Shown here piece after piece: positions 38,297 through 52,450 of a stretch of 64,000 nucleotides of DNA. This stretch comes from Macrostomum lignano (lineage: Eukaryota), in assembly GCA_002269645.1 (NCBI GenBank), contig NIVC01000164.1, positions 1-64,000 on the forward strand, written 5' to 3'. The notes beneath the pieces were generated by a model, which was given only the letters and a program-made list of their open reading frames with translations, was not told the DNA's origin and did no database searches. Each line of letters begins with the position of its first letter. Within the stretch, counting starts at the first letter, position 1. The translations under genes and the position numbers were made by a program.

Positions 38297-38355
38297 GAAT
38301 CGAACCCCCTATCTTCAAGTCGAGAGACCGACGCTCTAACCACTAGGCTAAAACC
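38297..38355 (-). mobile_element. tRNA-derived SINE head fragment
   Basis: Minus strand GGTTTTAGCCTAGTGGTTAGAGCG..GGTTCGATTC (A and B boxes); homologous to the 40575 and 62446 copies. Confidence 0.7.
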
Positions 38356-38497
38356 TCTGTATATGATGTATTTTTAAGAGTTGCCGTGGCAACTTTCAAG
38401 CTGAGTATAGCATACAAAAAGCAAGAAACTCCACTTTTTCTATACATTGCTCCTCTAGTCAATTTATACAAAGCTAGCCAGTCGCATTGAGCAAAAG

Positions 38498-41400
38498 TCA
38501 AACTGGACTAGTACGGAAATAAACTTGTTCGTTGTGGCTGTTGTCATGGTCGCTTTCTTCTTGTCTTCTGCGATGACCGCTGTCTTGGCGTCTACATTTG
38601 TAATACAGGACGATAGTCAGAACCAACAGAACAGTAAATGCCAACGGCAGGACGATCCAAAGCACGATACTGTTGATATTATCAGAATTCCTCCTAGATA
38701 ATTCACACGAAGCCGGAATAGAAGTCATATCATCTTGCCGAAAAATGTCCAGCAAAACCAGTTGAGTCTCTTTGTTCTTGAGGCCGAGATTAATCACAGA
38801 GTCTGCTCCAATCTGTAGCGTCACGAAGTCGGTCGTCTGGGCACTCGAACTGAAGTTGTTCATCGAAGAATCGTTTTTTTTAGTTTTTCTTAAATAAAAG
38901 TATAAAATCTATATAGAAATTTCCATCAAAAATAGCCATGCCTATTGTACCATGACTTTTTGCGCGGCGGGCACTTAATCAATCCACAATAGACAAAACT
39001 TTCATTTAATGCTCGTGAATCTCGACTTATCCGACCATACCACTGAATACGAGCGTACACTATTTCTTGTCTTTTTGTATTCAATCACCATTTGAAGCCA
39101 GTATGTGTGTTTGGCCCCGTAGTGGTGCTTTAAAAGTTTATCAACTGTGATTTTGTGACAACTATAACACAACTGTGGACAAGTATCAAGTATTTCTCTA
39201 TAAAATTTCTCCGATAAAGCCCTACTTGGTGCAATTCACAGTGCAATTTGCATGTTACTGGTAACTCTACATTTAATTGTATGTTTTTAAAAAAACAGTC
39301 GTGAATATAAAGGCCAAACAATGAGAAACGGTCAATTTTGTGCTGAAAACATTTTTTTGTTGAAAACGTATTATGGTGGCAAGTGCTGTGTGCAATTTGC
39401 AGAAAAGAAATATCTAATTATTTGCTTGTAGCTAAGATTTCAATGCCTTTTCAAGCAGCCCCAGCAGAAGCAGCCCCAGCAGAAGCAGCCCCAGCCCCAT
39501 ACAGGAAAATCTGTATGTACCATACATGTACCGCTGTACATCATGTACTACGGGTCTGCCCAGTTTGCCAGCCAGAAACGTTTAGCCGCAGCACTACTCT
39601 TGCCCGAAACAATCCATATACTTTTTGCCTAGCTTAGCCTAGCTTACCGTGTTCCTTGATGCAAGATTATTTATTACCTTCTTGAGAGACCTACTGCATC
39701 TACTGGCAGCTCAAAATACATGTTGGTGGGGTGAGTGTGGTCGGCAGTCAAATGTCATAGACCTGAATTCAGTTTGATTTAAAAAATAATATGGACTTGC
39801 CGCATTGTTCCTTAGGAAATTTTCACAGCTAAACCTTTTGAAGAGACAGTATTTAAAGTGATGTAAAGTGGCCTACTCACTCTACTTACTTGCATATTGA
39901 GCTGCATGGGTCTGTCAAGAACGAGACATTCTAGCAGTCTAACTTAATCGACTTAATCGACTTAAGCGACAAATCTTATAAAAATTCTTCAGAATTACTT
40001 GATTTCCCCACGAATTTGGCTACGAAATTGATTACTTACCAAACGCTAGAGTTTTGGGCTCCATCTACAGGCAGCCACTGTCCAGGGCTGGTGCAGTTGT
40101 TGCTGTCACAGTGCCTTGAATAGTACATGACACTGCCGTTGCAGCACCGAGCGTCCACCAACACAGGTTCAGAGAGCGAAGCCTTCAGCTCACTGTTTTG
40201 TTCTGGAGATGTTTAAACGAGGATGAAATTATCATGAGATAAATCGTTTCTCTACATATTGGGAGTTGATTGCTTGAATAATAATAGTAGTAATAATAAT
40301 AATAATAGCAATAATAATAGCAATAATAATAATAATAACAATAATTAATAATTGTAACACCCACCCCAATGGGCAAGATATGCAACCGACAGCTCAGCCG
40401 CAGCTATTGCGCAGCGCATCTGAAGGCTGCCCACGGCTGTTTAGTCCAAGGGTGAACTGAAGGGATGCAGAGTTAAGTGTCTTGCTCAAGGACACAGTTT
40501 TTTCCAGTGGGATCGGGTGTCGAACCCCCAACCTTCAAGTCGTGGGTCCGACCCTCTAACCACTTGGCTACAACCTATAGTTTTTAAATTATAAATTCTA
40601 GTTAACTTTAGTAACAGGAGTAAAAATTCGGAATGTAATCACTAACTTCAAAGTGCTTCCATTTTGCTTGTAAACTGCGAGTTCGAATCCATGCAATCTC
40701 GCTAATCGTTTTTAGAGGGTACTTTAATCTGATAGTTCTTATCATGCTACTGAATTCGGATACAGCGAGCCAAAGAGCATTCGTGCCAACCCTGAAGCTG
40801 AGCTGATGAGTTGCATGCTCTGTGGTCGAATGCTCGAATACATGTACCCACAGTATATTATGCATGCTCATACGAGTAGGCCAGGATTTCGTCACATGTT
40901 TAAAGCCACAACTCAACAAATTAACATCAAAATATAAAGGGCTCACCAAGCTCCTTCATTTTCTGGTAGCTGCTGAACTGAGCAGCAATAGAGGCCAGTA
41001 CGGAACAATTGCTCAATGGAATCGAAGCACAAAGGAAGTCAATACGTCGAACCACGTAGCGTTGAGAAGCAGTCGATCTTGGAGCATCTGGATAGGGCAG
41101 TACTCTGGCGGTCAACCGGATGTACAGTCGTATGTCCACCGCTGTTGCATTTTCGCTGCGTTGCTCGATCACAATGTGCTCGTTCCTGAAAAATTGTTAC
41201 GAGCTTTCAGTAGCGCAACCAGGAATTTTGTGAGGGGGGGGCGGATTCTGGAAGGTAAAGTCCCGGGAAGGGGGGGGCGGAGGGGTGGCTCTGTTTTTGG
41301 CAAAAATTCGCTTGGTCCCCCCTTCGATTTTTTTTAGGTCTCCGCCTAAGGGGGATGCTTTTTGGCAAAAAGCATCAGTGAATAAGAGCGCCACAATCAA

Positions 41401-42623
41401 AGTACAGCTGTGTTTTCGGAACGGATCTTGCAAATTGCTTGCTTTTTTGCATAGCAATGCATGAAGTTTTGCACTAGATAAATAGTCCGAGAAAATCCAA
41501 AAATACACAAAACAGCTGGAGCCAATGATAATTTTGCTGGAACTCTGCTAGACTGATCCTTCTAGGAGTTGGCCATGATTGGTATATTGTCATTTTTAGA
41601 GCTCCCGTAGATTGTGAAACTGGACCCAATGCAAACGTTGCTCACCGCTGCAGACGAAAGGTTGTCAAGTTTCTGTCGTTCCATACAATACGCCGTTGAG
41701 TCGTGCCGTTTTCTGCAATTAGGGAGCAATTAGGGAGATCCCATTTGAAATGTATACAATGTGCAACGCAATGTCTTTTAGAGCTTTCAACTCATTTAAT
41801 TGTGGATTTGTGATTGATTTGTAAAAATCGCCATCACTCCAAACAACTATTTCTTTGTGAGTTAAGCAGAGTTGGCCGCATGACATTCATGTGAGTAGGC
41901 GTTTTGAGCTGCACACAAATTAGCTATAATAACTAAATATGACTAAAAGCAGACTAAACTGAATTTTCTAGCGTTCACCCAGCTGTGACAGGGTAGCAGT
42001 TACTAGCAGCTCCGAATCGGCTGACAAAGCATGTGACGCCCCCCCCCTCTTTCTCCAGCAGGCTCGGCGCCCCCCCCTTCCAGCAGGCTTGGCGCCCCCC
42101 CTTTCCAGCAGGCTTGGCGCCCCCCTTTCCAGCAGGCTTGGCGCCCCCCCCCTTTCCAGCAGGCTTGGCACCCCCCCCCCTTTCCAGCAGGCTTGGTGCC
42201 CCCCCTTTCCAGCAGGCTTGGCACCCCCAGGCGCCCCCTGGCTCAGAGCTGTGGCAGTAATGCAGGGCCGATGGAAGTTGCTACCTTTACAGTCTTAGCA
42301 CTGTAGAAGCAGCTGCTGTGCGAGCTTGCAACTTTCTATTTTAAAAGTATTTAATTAGCGACCAGCATTTTTTTCATTCGCTCTTACTCATCAACGTCAC
42401 CGTGAGATTGTGCATTGTGTCTCCTGGGCGTACATTGGCATCCTTCCTCTGCTTCTCCAACAAAATGCTCATGTCGAATTCATCGGGTGACTTCTTCAGC
42501 CAGACAGTCCAGCGAGGGGCTCGACTTTGGTTGGCGTTGTCGCCATCCCTGTCGGTGTTGCGGAGATCTTTCACGGTGTCTTCAGAAAGCTCAAACTCGA
42601 CTCCGCCCGTGTGCTCGCTTGAA
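38498..42623 (-). CDS. Paralogue C: CUB-like + degenerate CTLD + single TM receptor; exons 42623-42388, 41712-41646, 41185-40947, 40202-40040, 38849-38498
   Basis: Donors GTAAGA, GTGAGC, GTGAGC, GTAAGT; all in frame, phases 2,1,2,1,2; 67-nt micro-exon equal in length to paralogue A; TM IVLWIVLPLAFTVLLVLTIVLYY then KCRRQ stop-transfer; ends TSPV*. Confidence 0.85.
40280..40575 (-). mobile_element. CORE-type tRNA SINE with (TTA)n tail
   Basis: Head GGTTGTAGCCAAGTGG..GGTTCGACAC; GAGTTAAGTGTCTTGCTCAAGGACAC resembles the reverse of the MIR CORE domain; (AAT)n at 40280-40350. Confidence 0.75.
42030..42245. repeat. ~22-24-bp GC-rich minisatellite (TTCCAGCAGGCTTGGCGCCCCCC)n in an intron of paralogue C
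   Basis: About 8 copies; probably MITE-derived. Confidence 0.85.
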
Positions 42624-42744
42624 CTGGCAAAGAGAGTTTGGGTTGGCATTCGGCATTTTTGCTTTGTAAATGCATAAGAACGAGCTAGTTGGAAATTAAT
42701 TACTGGTTTTGCATAGATTCTGTGAGCTATTCAAATATCCGAAA

Positions 42745-43540
42745 TCAATCACTAAGATTTACTCCCATATCCGATATTTATCACAAAGATTTACTCCCAT
42801 ATCCGATATTTATCACAAAGATTTACTCCCATATCCGATATTTATCACTAAGATTTACTCCCATATCCGATATTTATCACAAAGATTTACTCCCATATCC
42901 GATATTTATCACAAAGATTTACTCCCATATCCGATATTTATCACAAAGATTTACTCCCATATCCGATATTTATCACTAAGATTTACTCCCATATCCGATA
43001 TTTATCACTAAGATTTACTCCCATATCCGATATTTATCACTAAGATTTACTCCCATATCCGATATTTATCACAAAGATTTACTCCCATATCCGATATTTA
43101 TCACTAAGATTTACTCCCATATCCGATATTTATCACTAAGATTTACTCCCATATCCGATATTTATCACTAAGATTTACTCCCATATCCGATATTTATCAC
43201 AAAGATTTACTCCCATATCCGATATTTATCACTAAGATTTACTCCCATATCCGATATTTATCACAAAGATTTACTCCCATATCCGATATTTATCACTAAG
43301 ATTTACTCCCATATCCGATATTTATCACAAAGATTTACTCCCATATCCGATATTTATCACAAAGATTTACTCCCATATCCGATATTTATCACAAAGATTT
43401 ACTCCCATATCCGATATTTATCACAAAGATTTACTCCCATATCCGATATTTATCACAAAGATTTACTCCCATATCCGATATTTATCACAAAGATTTACTC
43501 CCATATCCTGAATTCATCAATAAGATTTACTCCCATATCT
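42745..43540. repeat. 32-bp satellite (AAGATTTACTCCCATATCCGATATTTATCAC[A/T])n
   Basis: Direct, ~24 copies. Confidence 0.97.
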
Positions 43541-43544
43541 CAAA

Positions 43545-44250
43545 TCCAGCAGCAAAAGCTATAGTCCTATATTCTACAGTTTTTATTCATTCGAAGCATT
43601 CGAATGATGTGAAACTGGCTGGCAGACACAAAATTGATATGATATGATAGAAATAGAAAAACTGAATTTTACCTGCCCAAGACGACTGCAATGGCCGTAA
43701 ATTTGATTATTAGTCGAAATTTGTTTTTCATTTCACAGAAAAATTTAAAATATTTTTAAGTGTATATATGGATATTTAGTTACCTAAGAGCAGACAAATT
43801 TGTGTGTGGAAGCCTCTTATGAGTGGAACGGCATTTATATGGATTATTAAGATGCTTTCTCGCCTATCTCGCTTGCTGGTTTCGTATTGGCTGAGGCTAC
43901 CCCGCATAGCCCTCTCTCCCTTAGAGCTTTAACTGGACGACCGAAAAGTAACATGGAACTAAAAACCATTAAGGTGTAATCTCAATTTTAAAACAATATA
44001 TCAGCCTTCAAAGGGAAATTACACCCGGAAGGAGAACCAGCTCGTGTTGTTGCAAGTGAGAACTATTCTAACTAACTGAGGCTGTGCATGGAAAATTTTA
44101 TGTAACTTTGAGGACAATGCTGATTACATTGCAACGAAAAATTATTCTCTCTGTTAAATAACTACTGTTTGTTTCAATCTCAGTCACGTCCTTTTCACCC
44201 TTCAATGTGCCTGTCCTCCCCTCCACTCTGTCTCACCCTCCACTCAAGGA
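43545..44250. repeat. Segmental-duplication unit, copy 1 (paralogous to ~49025-49705)
   Basis: Colinear blocks such as TTTTACCTGC(C/T)CAAGACGA(C/T)TGCAATGGCCG, CCCGCATAGCCCTCTCTCCCT, GTTGTTGCAAGTGAGAACTATTCTAACTAA occur in both copies. Confidence 0.88.
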
Positions 44251-44257
44251 CTACTCA

Positions 44258-47200
44258 GAAATCCATCAGTAAAATCTACTCCCATATTGGAAATCCATCA
44301 GTAAAATCTACTCCCATATTGGAAATCCATCAGTAAAATCTACTCCCATATTGGAAATCCATCAGTAAAATCTACTCCCATATTGGAAATCCATCAGTAA
44401 AATCTACTCCCATATTGGAAATCCATCAGTAAAATCTACTCCCATATTGGAAATCCATCAGTAAAATCTACTCCCATATTGGAAATCCATCAGTAAAATC
44501 TACTCCCATCTACTCCCATATTGGAAATCCATCAGTAAAATCTACTCCCATATTGGAAATCCATCAGTAAAATCTACTCCCATATTGGAAATCCATCAGT
44601 AAAATCTACTCCCATATTGGAAATCCATCAGTAAAATCTACTCCCATATTGGAAATCCATTAGTAAAATCTACTCCCATATTGGAAATCCATCAGTAAAA
44701 TCTACTCCCATATTCGAAATCCATCAGTAAAAGCTGCTCCCATATTCGAAATCCATCAGTAAAATCTACTCCCATATTGGAAATCCATCAGTAAAATCTA
44801 CTCCCATATTGGAAATCCATCAGTAAAATCTACTCCCATATTGGAAATCCATCAGTAAAATCTACTCCCATATTGGAAATCCATCAGTAAAATCTACTCC
44901 CATATTGGAAATCCATCAGTAAAAGCTGCTCCCATATTGGAAATCCATCAGTAAAATCTACTCCCATATTGGAAATCCATCAGTAAAATCTACTCCCATA
45001 TTGGAAATCCATCAGTAAAATCTACTCCCATCTACTCCCATATTGGAAATCTATCAGTAAAATCTACTCCCATATTCGAATCCATCATCAATAGCTACTC
45101 CCATATTCGAATCCATCATCAATAGCTACTCCCATATTCGAAATCCATCAATAAAAGCTACTCCCATATTCGAAATCCATCAGTAATATCTACTCCCATA
45201 TTCGAATCCATCAATAAAAGCTACTCCCATATTCGAAATCCATCAGTAATATCTACTCCCATATTCGAATCCATCATCAATAGCTACTCCCATATTCGAA
45301 ATCCATCATCAATAGCTACTCGCATATTCGAAAATCCATCAATAAAAGCTACTCCCATATTCGAAATCCATCAATAAAAGCTGCTCCCATATTCGAAATC
45401 CATCAATAAAAGCTACTCCCATATTCGAAATCCGTCAATAAAAGCTACTCCCATATTCGAAAATCCATCATCAATAGCTACTCCCATATTCGAAATCCAT
45501 CAATAAAAGCTACTCCCATATTCGAAATCCATCATCAATAGCTACTCCCATATTCGAAATCCATCAATAAAAGCTACTCCCATATTCGAAATCCATCAAT
45601 AAAAGCTACTCCCATATTCGAAAATCCATCATCAATAGCTACTCCCATATTCGAAATCCATCAATAAAAGCTACTCCCATATTCGAATCCATCATCAATA
45701 GCTACTCCCATATTCGAAATCCATCATCAATAGCTACTCCCATATTCGAAATCCATCAATAAAAGCTACTCCCATATTCGAAATCCATCAGTAATATCTA
45801 CTCCCATATTCGAATCCATCAATAAAAGCTACTCCCATATTCGAAATCCATCAGTAATATCTACTCCCATATTCGAATCCATCATCAATAGCTACTCCCA
45901 TATTCGAAATCCATCAATAAAAGCTACTCCCATATTCGAAATCCATCAATAAAAGCTACTCCCATATTCGAAAATCCATCATCAATAGCTACTCCCATAT
46001 TCGAAATCCATCAATAAAAGCTACTCCCATATTCGAAATCCGTCAATAAAAGCTACTCCCATATTCGAAAATCCATCATCAATAGCTACTCCCATATTCG
46101 AAATCCATCAATAAAAGCTACTCCCATATTCGAAATCCATCAATAAAAGCTACTCCCATATTCGAAATCCATCATCAATAGCTACTCCCATATTCGAAAT
46201 CCATCAATAAAAGCTACTCCCATATTCGAAATCCATCATCAATAGCTACTCCCATATTCGAAATCCGTCAATAAAAGCTACTCCCATATTCGAAATCCAT
46301 CAATAAAAGCTACTCCCATATTCGAAATCCATCATCAATAGCTACTCCCATATTCGAAATCCATCATCAATAGCTACTCCCATATTCGAAATCCATCATC
46401 AATAGCTACTCCCATATTCGAAATCCATCATCAATAGCTACTCCCATATTCGAAATCCATCAATAAAAGCTACTCCCATATTCGAAATCCATCAGTAATA
46501 TCTACTCCCATATTCGAATCCATCATCAATAGCTACTCCCATATTCGAAATCCATCATCAATAGCTACTCGCATATTCGAAAATCCATCAATAAAAGCTA
46601 CTCCCATATTCGAAATCCATCAATAAAAGCTGCTCCCATATTCGAAATCCATCAATAAAAGCTACTCCCATATTCGAAATCCGTCAATAAAAGCTACTCC
46701 CATATTCGAAAATCCATCATCAATAGCTACTCCCATATTCGAAATCCATCAATAAAAGCTACTCCCATATTCGAAATCCATCATCAATAGCTACTCCCAT
46801 ATTCGAAATCCATCATCAATAGCTACTCCCATATTCGAAATCCATCATCAATAGCTACTCCCATATTCGAAATCCGTCAATAAAAGCTACTCCCATATTC
46901 GAAATCCATCAATAAAAGCTACTCCCATATTCGAAATCCGTCAATAAAAGCTACTCCCATATTCGAAATCCATCAATAAAAGCTACTCCCATATTCGAAA
47001 TCCATCAATAAAAGCTACTCCCATATTCGAAATCCGTCAATAAAAGCTACTCCCATATTCGAAATCCGTCAATAAAAGCTACTCCCATATTCGAAAATCC
47101 ATCATCAATAGCTACTCCCATATTCGAAATCCATCAATAAAAGCTACTCCCATATTCGAAATCCATCAATAAAAGCTACTCCCATATTCGAAATCCATCA

Positions 47201-49020
47201 TCAATAGCTACTCCCATATTCGAAATCCATCAATAAAAGCTACTCCCATATTCGAAATCCATCATCAATAGCTACTCCCATATTCGAAATCCGTCAATAA
47301 AAGCTACTCCCATATTCGAAATCCATCATCAATAGCTACTCCCATATTCGAAATCCGTCAATAAAAGCTACTCCCATATTCGAAATCCATCATCAATAGC
47401 TACTCCCATATTCGAAATCCATCATCAATAGCTACTCCCATATTCGAAATCCATCATCAATAGCTACTCCCATATTCGAAATCCATCATCAATAGCTACT
47501 CCCATATTCGAAATCCATCATCAATAGCTACTCCCATATTCGAAATCCATCAATAAAAGCTACTCCCATATTCGAAATCCATCATCAATAGCTACTCCCA
47601 TATTCGAAATCCATCATCAATAGCTACTCCCATATTCGAAATCCATCAATAGCTACTCCCATATTCGAAATCCATCATCAATAGCTACTCCCATATTCGA
47701 AATCCGTCAATAAAAGCTACTCCCATATTCGAAATCCATCATCAATAGCTACTCCCATATTCGAAATCCATCATCAATAGCTACTCCCATATTCGAAATC
47801 CATCATCAATAGCTACTCCCATATTCGAAATCCATCATCAATAGCTACTCCCATATTCGAAATCCATCATCAATAGCTACTCCCATATTCGAAATCCATC
47901 AATAAAAGCTACTCCCATATTCGAAATCCATCATCAATAGCTACTCCCATATTCGAAATCCATCATCAATAGCTACTCCCATATTCGAAATCCATCATCA
48001 ATAGCTACTCCCATATTCGAAAATCCATCATCAATAGCTACTCCCATATTCGAAATCCGTCAATAAAAGCTACTCCCATATTCGAAATCCATCATCAATA
48101 GCTACTCCCATATTCGAAATCCGTCAATAAAAGCTACTCCCATATTCGAAATCCGTCAATAAAAGCTGCTCCCATATTCGAAATCCGTCAATAAAAGCTG
48201 CTCCCATATTCGAAATCCGTCAATAAAAGCTGCTCCCATATTCGAAATCCATCAATAAAAGCTGCTCCCATATTCGAAATCCATCATCAATAGCTACTCC
48301 CATATTCGAAATCCATCAATAAAAGCTACTCCCATATTCGAAATCCATCATCAATAGCTACTCCCATATTCGGAATCCGTCAATAAAAGCTACTCCCATA
48401 TTCGAAATCCATCATCAATAGCTACTCCCATATTCGAAATCCATCAATAAAAGCTACTCCCATATTCGAAATCCATCAATAAAAGCTACTCCCATATTCG
48501 AAATCCATCAATAAAAGCTACTCCCATATTCGAAATCCATCATCAATAGCTACTCCCATATTCGAAATCCATCATCAATAGCTACTCCCATATTCGAAAT
48601 CCATCAATAAAAGCTACTCCCATATTCGAAATCCATCATTAAAAGCTACTCCCATATTCGAAATCCATCATCAATAGCTACTCCCATATTCGAAATCCAT
48701 CAATAAAAGCTACTCCCATATTCGAAAATCCATCATCAATAGCTACTCCCATATTCGAAATCCATCATCAATAGCTACTCCCATATTCGAAATCCATCAT
48801 CAATAGCTACTCCCATATTCGAAATCCATCAATAAAAGCTACTCCCATATTTGAAATCCATCAATAAAAGCTACTCCCATATTCGAAATCCATCAATAAA
48901 AGCTACTCCCATATTGGAAATCCGTCAATAAAAGCTACTCCCATATTCGAAATCCGTCAATAAAAGCTACTCCCATATTCGAAATCCATCAATAAAAGCT
49001 ACTCCCATATTCGAAATCCA
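44258..49020. repeat. ~4.8-kb 32-bp satellite (AAATCCATCAGTAAAATCTACTCCCATATTGG, drifting to ..ATAAAAGCTACTCCCATATTCG)
   Basis: Direct; about 24/32 identical to the 42745 unit. Confidence 0.98.
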
Positions 49021-49024
49021 TGTG

Positions 49025-49705
49025 TAGAAGAGTCTCATAATCTATAAATAATAATTCCAACAACAGCATTTTGAAATTTGCTGTCAGATACAAAAACTGA
49101 TATGGTATATACACGGATAGATAAAGAAAAATCAGTATTTTACCTGCTCAAGACGATTGCAATGGCCGCAAGTATGATTATCACTTGAATTTTGTTTTTC
49201 ATTTCTTAGAAATCTTAAAATTACTCGAAAGAATTGAGAATATTTGGATAGTTTAGCTATCTAAGAGCTTGACAGGTCTATTAGCGAAAGCCTCTTCGAA
49301 TCAAACTGTTTTTATGGAATATCAAGATATTTTCTCACCTATCTTACCTTGCTGGTCTCCTATTGGCTGAGCTTGCCCGCATAGCCCTCTCTCCCTAAGT
49401 CGGCGCTTAGACGGCCGCGCGAATACCGGTAAATATGGAACTAAAACACTTTAAAGTGTATAATCTCAATTTAAAAATAATAAAGCAGCCTTAAAAGGGA
49501 AACTACATCCGGCAGGCGAACAAGCTCATGTTGTTGCAAGTGAGAACTATTCTAACTAATTGAGGCTGTGGATAGAAAATTTTACATTAACTTTGCTATT
49601 CTGATTGACATGGCAACGAATCGAAACATATTGCAATAGCTCACATTTTACTGCCTATTTCAACACAATCTTGTCATTTTTACCCTCCACTCAGTTTCAC
49701 ACTTC
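49025..49705. repeat. Segmental-duplication unit, copy 2
   Basis: Colinear similarity to 43545-44250. Confidence 0.88.
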
Positions 49706-49709
49706 ACTT

Positions 49710-50130
49710 TGTTTGCTCACCCTCCACTCCGTGTGTTTCACCTTCCACTTTGTCTCTTTCACCCTCCACTCCGTGTGTTTCACCCTCCACTCCGTGTGTT
49801 TCACCCTCCACTCCGTGTGTTTCACCCTTCACTCCGTGTGTTTCACCCTCCACTCCGTGTGTTTCACCCTCCACTCCGTGTGTTTCACCTTCCACTTTGT
49901 CTCTTTCACCCTCCACTCCGTGTGTTTCACCCTCCACTCCGTGTGTTTCACCCTCCACTCCGTGTGTTTCACCCTCCACTCCGTGTGTTTCACCCTCCAC
50001 TCCGTGTGTTTCACCCTCCACTCCGTGTGTTTCACCCTCCACTCCGTGTGTTTCACCCTCCACTCCGTGTGTTTCACCTTCCACTTTGTCTCTTTCACCC
50101 TCCACTCCGTGTGTTTCACCCTCCACTCTT
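49710..50130. repeat. 21-bp minisatellite (CACCCTCCACTCCGTGTGTTT)n
   Basis: Direct; an unexpanded seed CTCACCCTCCACTC lies at ~44232 in duplicate copy 1. Confidence 0.96.
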
Positions 50131-51060
50131 TCCGTTTTACCCGCCGGCCGCTGCTCCTGCTTTTATTACCTGTTCAATGTGCATTTTCCACAGTTGTCGA
50201 ATTCGTAGTGTTCACGCAGAAATATGTTGAGCACTGTTGCCTCTGTTGCAGCTGCTGCTGCAGTCTTGGATGACACCGGCTTGTTGCAAGTACTGGTTGC
50301 TCATGTTGTCTGCCGACTGTATGTTTTACGAGCGAAAAATTTGCGGCTCGTAACTTTCAATAACGCAAATTAGCGTCTTTGACAAATGAAAAATTCGAAT
50401 TCGAATATAGTTAATTTTGAACCCTGATGCAGATAGATTTTTCGGCTGGAAGGTTGCTATAATTCGCATGGAAATATATAATTTCGCATGGAATTGCCGT
50501 CTGCGCTTGCATTCAACAGCAGGACAGCCCTCGGTGAACCCGTGGAATTGCCATGGCAAAGCCGGGGCAAAAATTCAGTTCTACCCCAGCTGTTTTTATG
50601 TAATGGCTTATGAGGATACTGGATAATTTTTTATTTCATTAGATAAGAACCGGTATTCATCTGTGAAAAAAGGAAAAATGGATTACTTTTTCAAAATGTG
50701 TGATTTGTAGTTTTCATTTGATTTAATTGAAATGGTTTTCGATCTATTCACTTCACAGGTTGTCTCAGTGTCTGGCTAGGGTTTGGGTGGGGCCGGGCGG
50801 TAGAGGGGGGGTCACGGGTTGCAGCAAGTTCTGCTAGTGTTTTGTGAGTGCCAGAATGGACTGCTCACCCTTCATACCCTCAAGAGCTGCCACTGCACAT
50901 TTTTGTAGTACTGCTAATGTACAATATTTAAAAGGGAACTTTCATGGGCAGAAATTCACTGGGCACTGGGCAGTAAAAAGTACGCTTTAGTTTTCTTCCT
51001 ACCAATCCGGTGAAGGGCTGCGAATGTGGAGTCGGTGGGTGGGTGGAAGTCGCTACAGTA

Positions 51061-51197
51061 CAGAGGCGAAGCCAGAGGGCGGGGAGGGGAGGCAGCCGCC
51101 CAAAAAACTGTAATTGGCGAAGGCCCAAGCAAATTCTCGCCGACCGAAGCAGGCCCCACCCCTCCCTCCTCTTGTCAAATTTCTGGTTGCGACACTG
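51061..51197. mobile_element. Small hAT-like MITE
   Basis: Imperfect TIR CAGAGGCGAAGCCAGA / TCTGGTTGCGACACTG. Confidence 0.5.
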
Positions 51198-51604
51198 GCA
51201 CAGTGAGATGCAGTACAGTATCTCGCATAATGAAAACGGTAAGACAACACTGACTTCACAGCAGATGGATGCCTATGGACTGCACTCCATAATTGCAAAC
51301 CTGTTTTTCTTCGTTTCTCTCTCTTGTCTCCTCTTGAGTTCATTTGTCAGCCTTTTTTTTATTTACTCAGTTAAAAAATATTTCAGACACAGATGCAGCG
51401 TGCTGTACCTTACTGACTCAGTGACTCGTATATGCCTTAAGTAGTATATGACAAATCTGCTTTTTTAAAGTGGTTTTGATTTGGTTAAAGAATCGTGATG
51501 GGGATTGCCTTCGCAGTTAAAATTGACATTCTAGCTGGTCTCCATCACCTCGTCTCGTTGCTAAGATCCTGCACTACTCCATACACATGTACTAACCCAT
51601 AGAG

Positions 51605-52434
51605 CAGGGGCTGGCAAACTGTTTATCTTAAGAGCTAGATGGAGAATCTAGCCAGGGACTTCTTAAGCTAGCACCGAAACACGCAAGGTTTTTACCCCCC
51701 CCCCCGCAAGATAAGGCCGGTTTTGGCCAATTGTGTATTTTGCAGCAGTAATACGCACGCTAGTGGTTATTTTAAGAGGTTTTAATAATAACTTTTTATT
51801 TGTAAAAACAAGCTGATTCACGTATATTTTAGAATCTCTTATTTATTTATTAAAATTATCAGTAGATTAATGGAAGTAATACTAGATAAAAACGTTTACG
51901 TCCCAAAGCAAGTGCTAGCTAGCTTAAGAAGTCCCTGATCTAACGCATTAATGCGGGCCAGACAGAGGAGGGGAGAATGGAGAGAAGGGAGAAGGGAGAG
52001 GGGAGAGGGGAGAATGGGGAAGGGAGAATGGAGAGGAGGGAAGGGAGAGGAAAGAAGGGAGAGAGAAGAAAGGAGAAGGGAGAAGGGAGAGGCGAGAAGG
52101 GAGAGGGGAGAAGGGAGAGGGGAGAAGGGAGAGGGGAGAAGGGAGAGGGGAGAAGGGAGAGGGGAGAAGGGAGAGGAGAGAAGGGAGAGAGAAGAAAGGA
52201 GAAGGGAGAAGGGAGAGGGGAGAAGGGAGAGGGGAGAAGGGAGAGGAGAGAAGGGAGAGAGAAGAAAGGAGAAGGGAGAAGGGAGAGGGGAGAAGGGAGG
52301 AGGCAGCTGAGAAGAAACACAAACTCTGAGCGGGCCGGATTGCTATTGTGAAGTTTCAAAGGACCCGAGAGGGATAAAGAAAAGTGGCTTGGCGGGCCAT
52401 ATGTGGCTCGGGGACTGGAGTTTGTCGTCCCCTG
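51605..52434 (-). mobile_element. hAT (Charlie-like) MITE with internal polypurine tract 51960-52310
   Basis: TIR CAGGGGCTGGCAAACT / AGTTTGTCGTCCCCTG; right end is the reverse of the 10858/63311 family. Confidence 0.75.
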
Positions 52435-52450
52435 TAATGATAGCAGTAGC

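Noticed and set aside
39640-39785. Exon-like block (AG..GT) inside the last intron of paralogue C
   Set aside because: Stops in all usable frames; the flanking exons splice in frame without it
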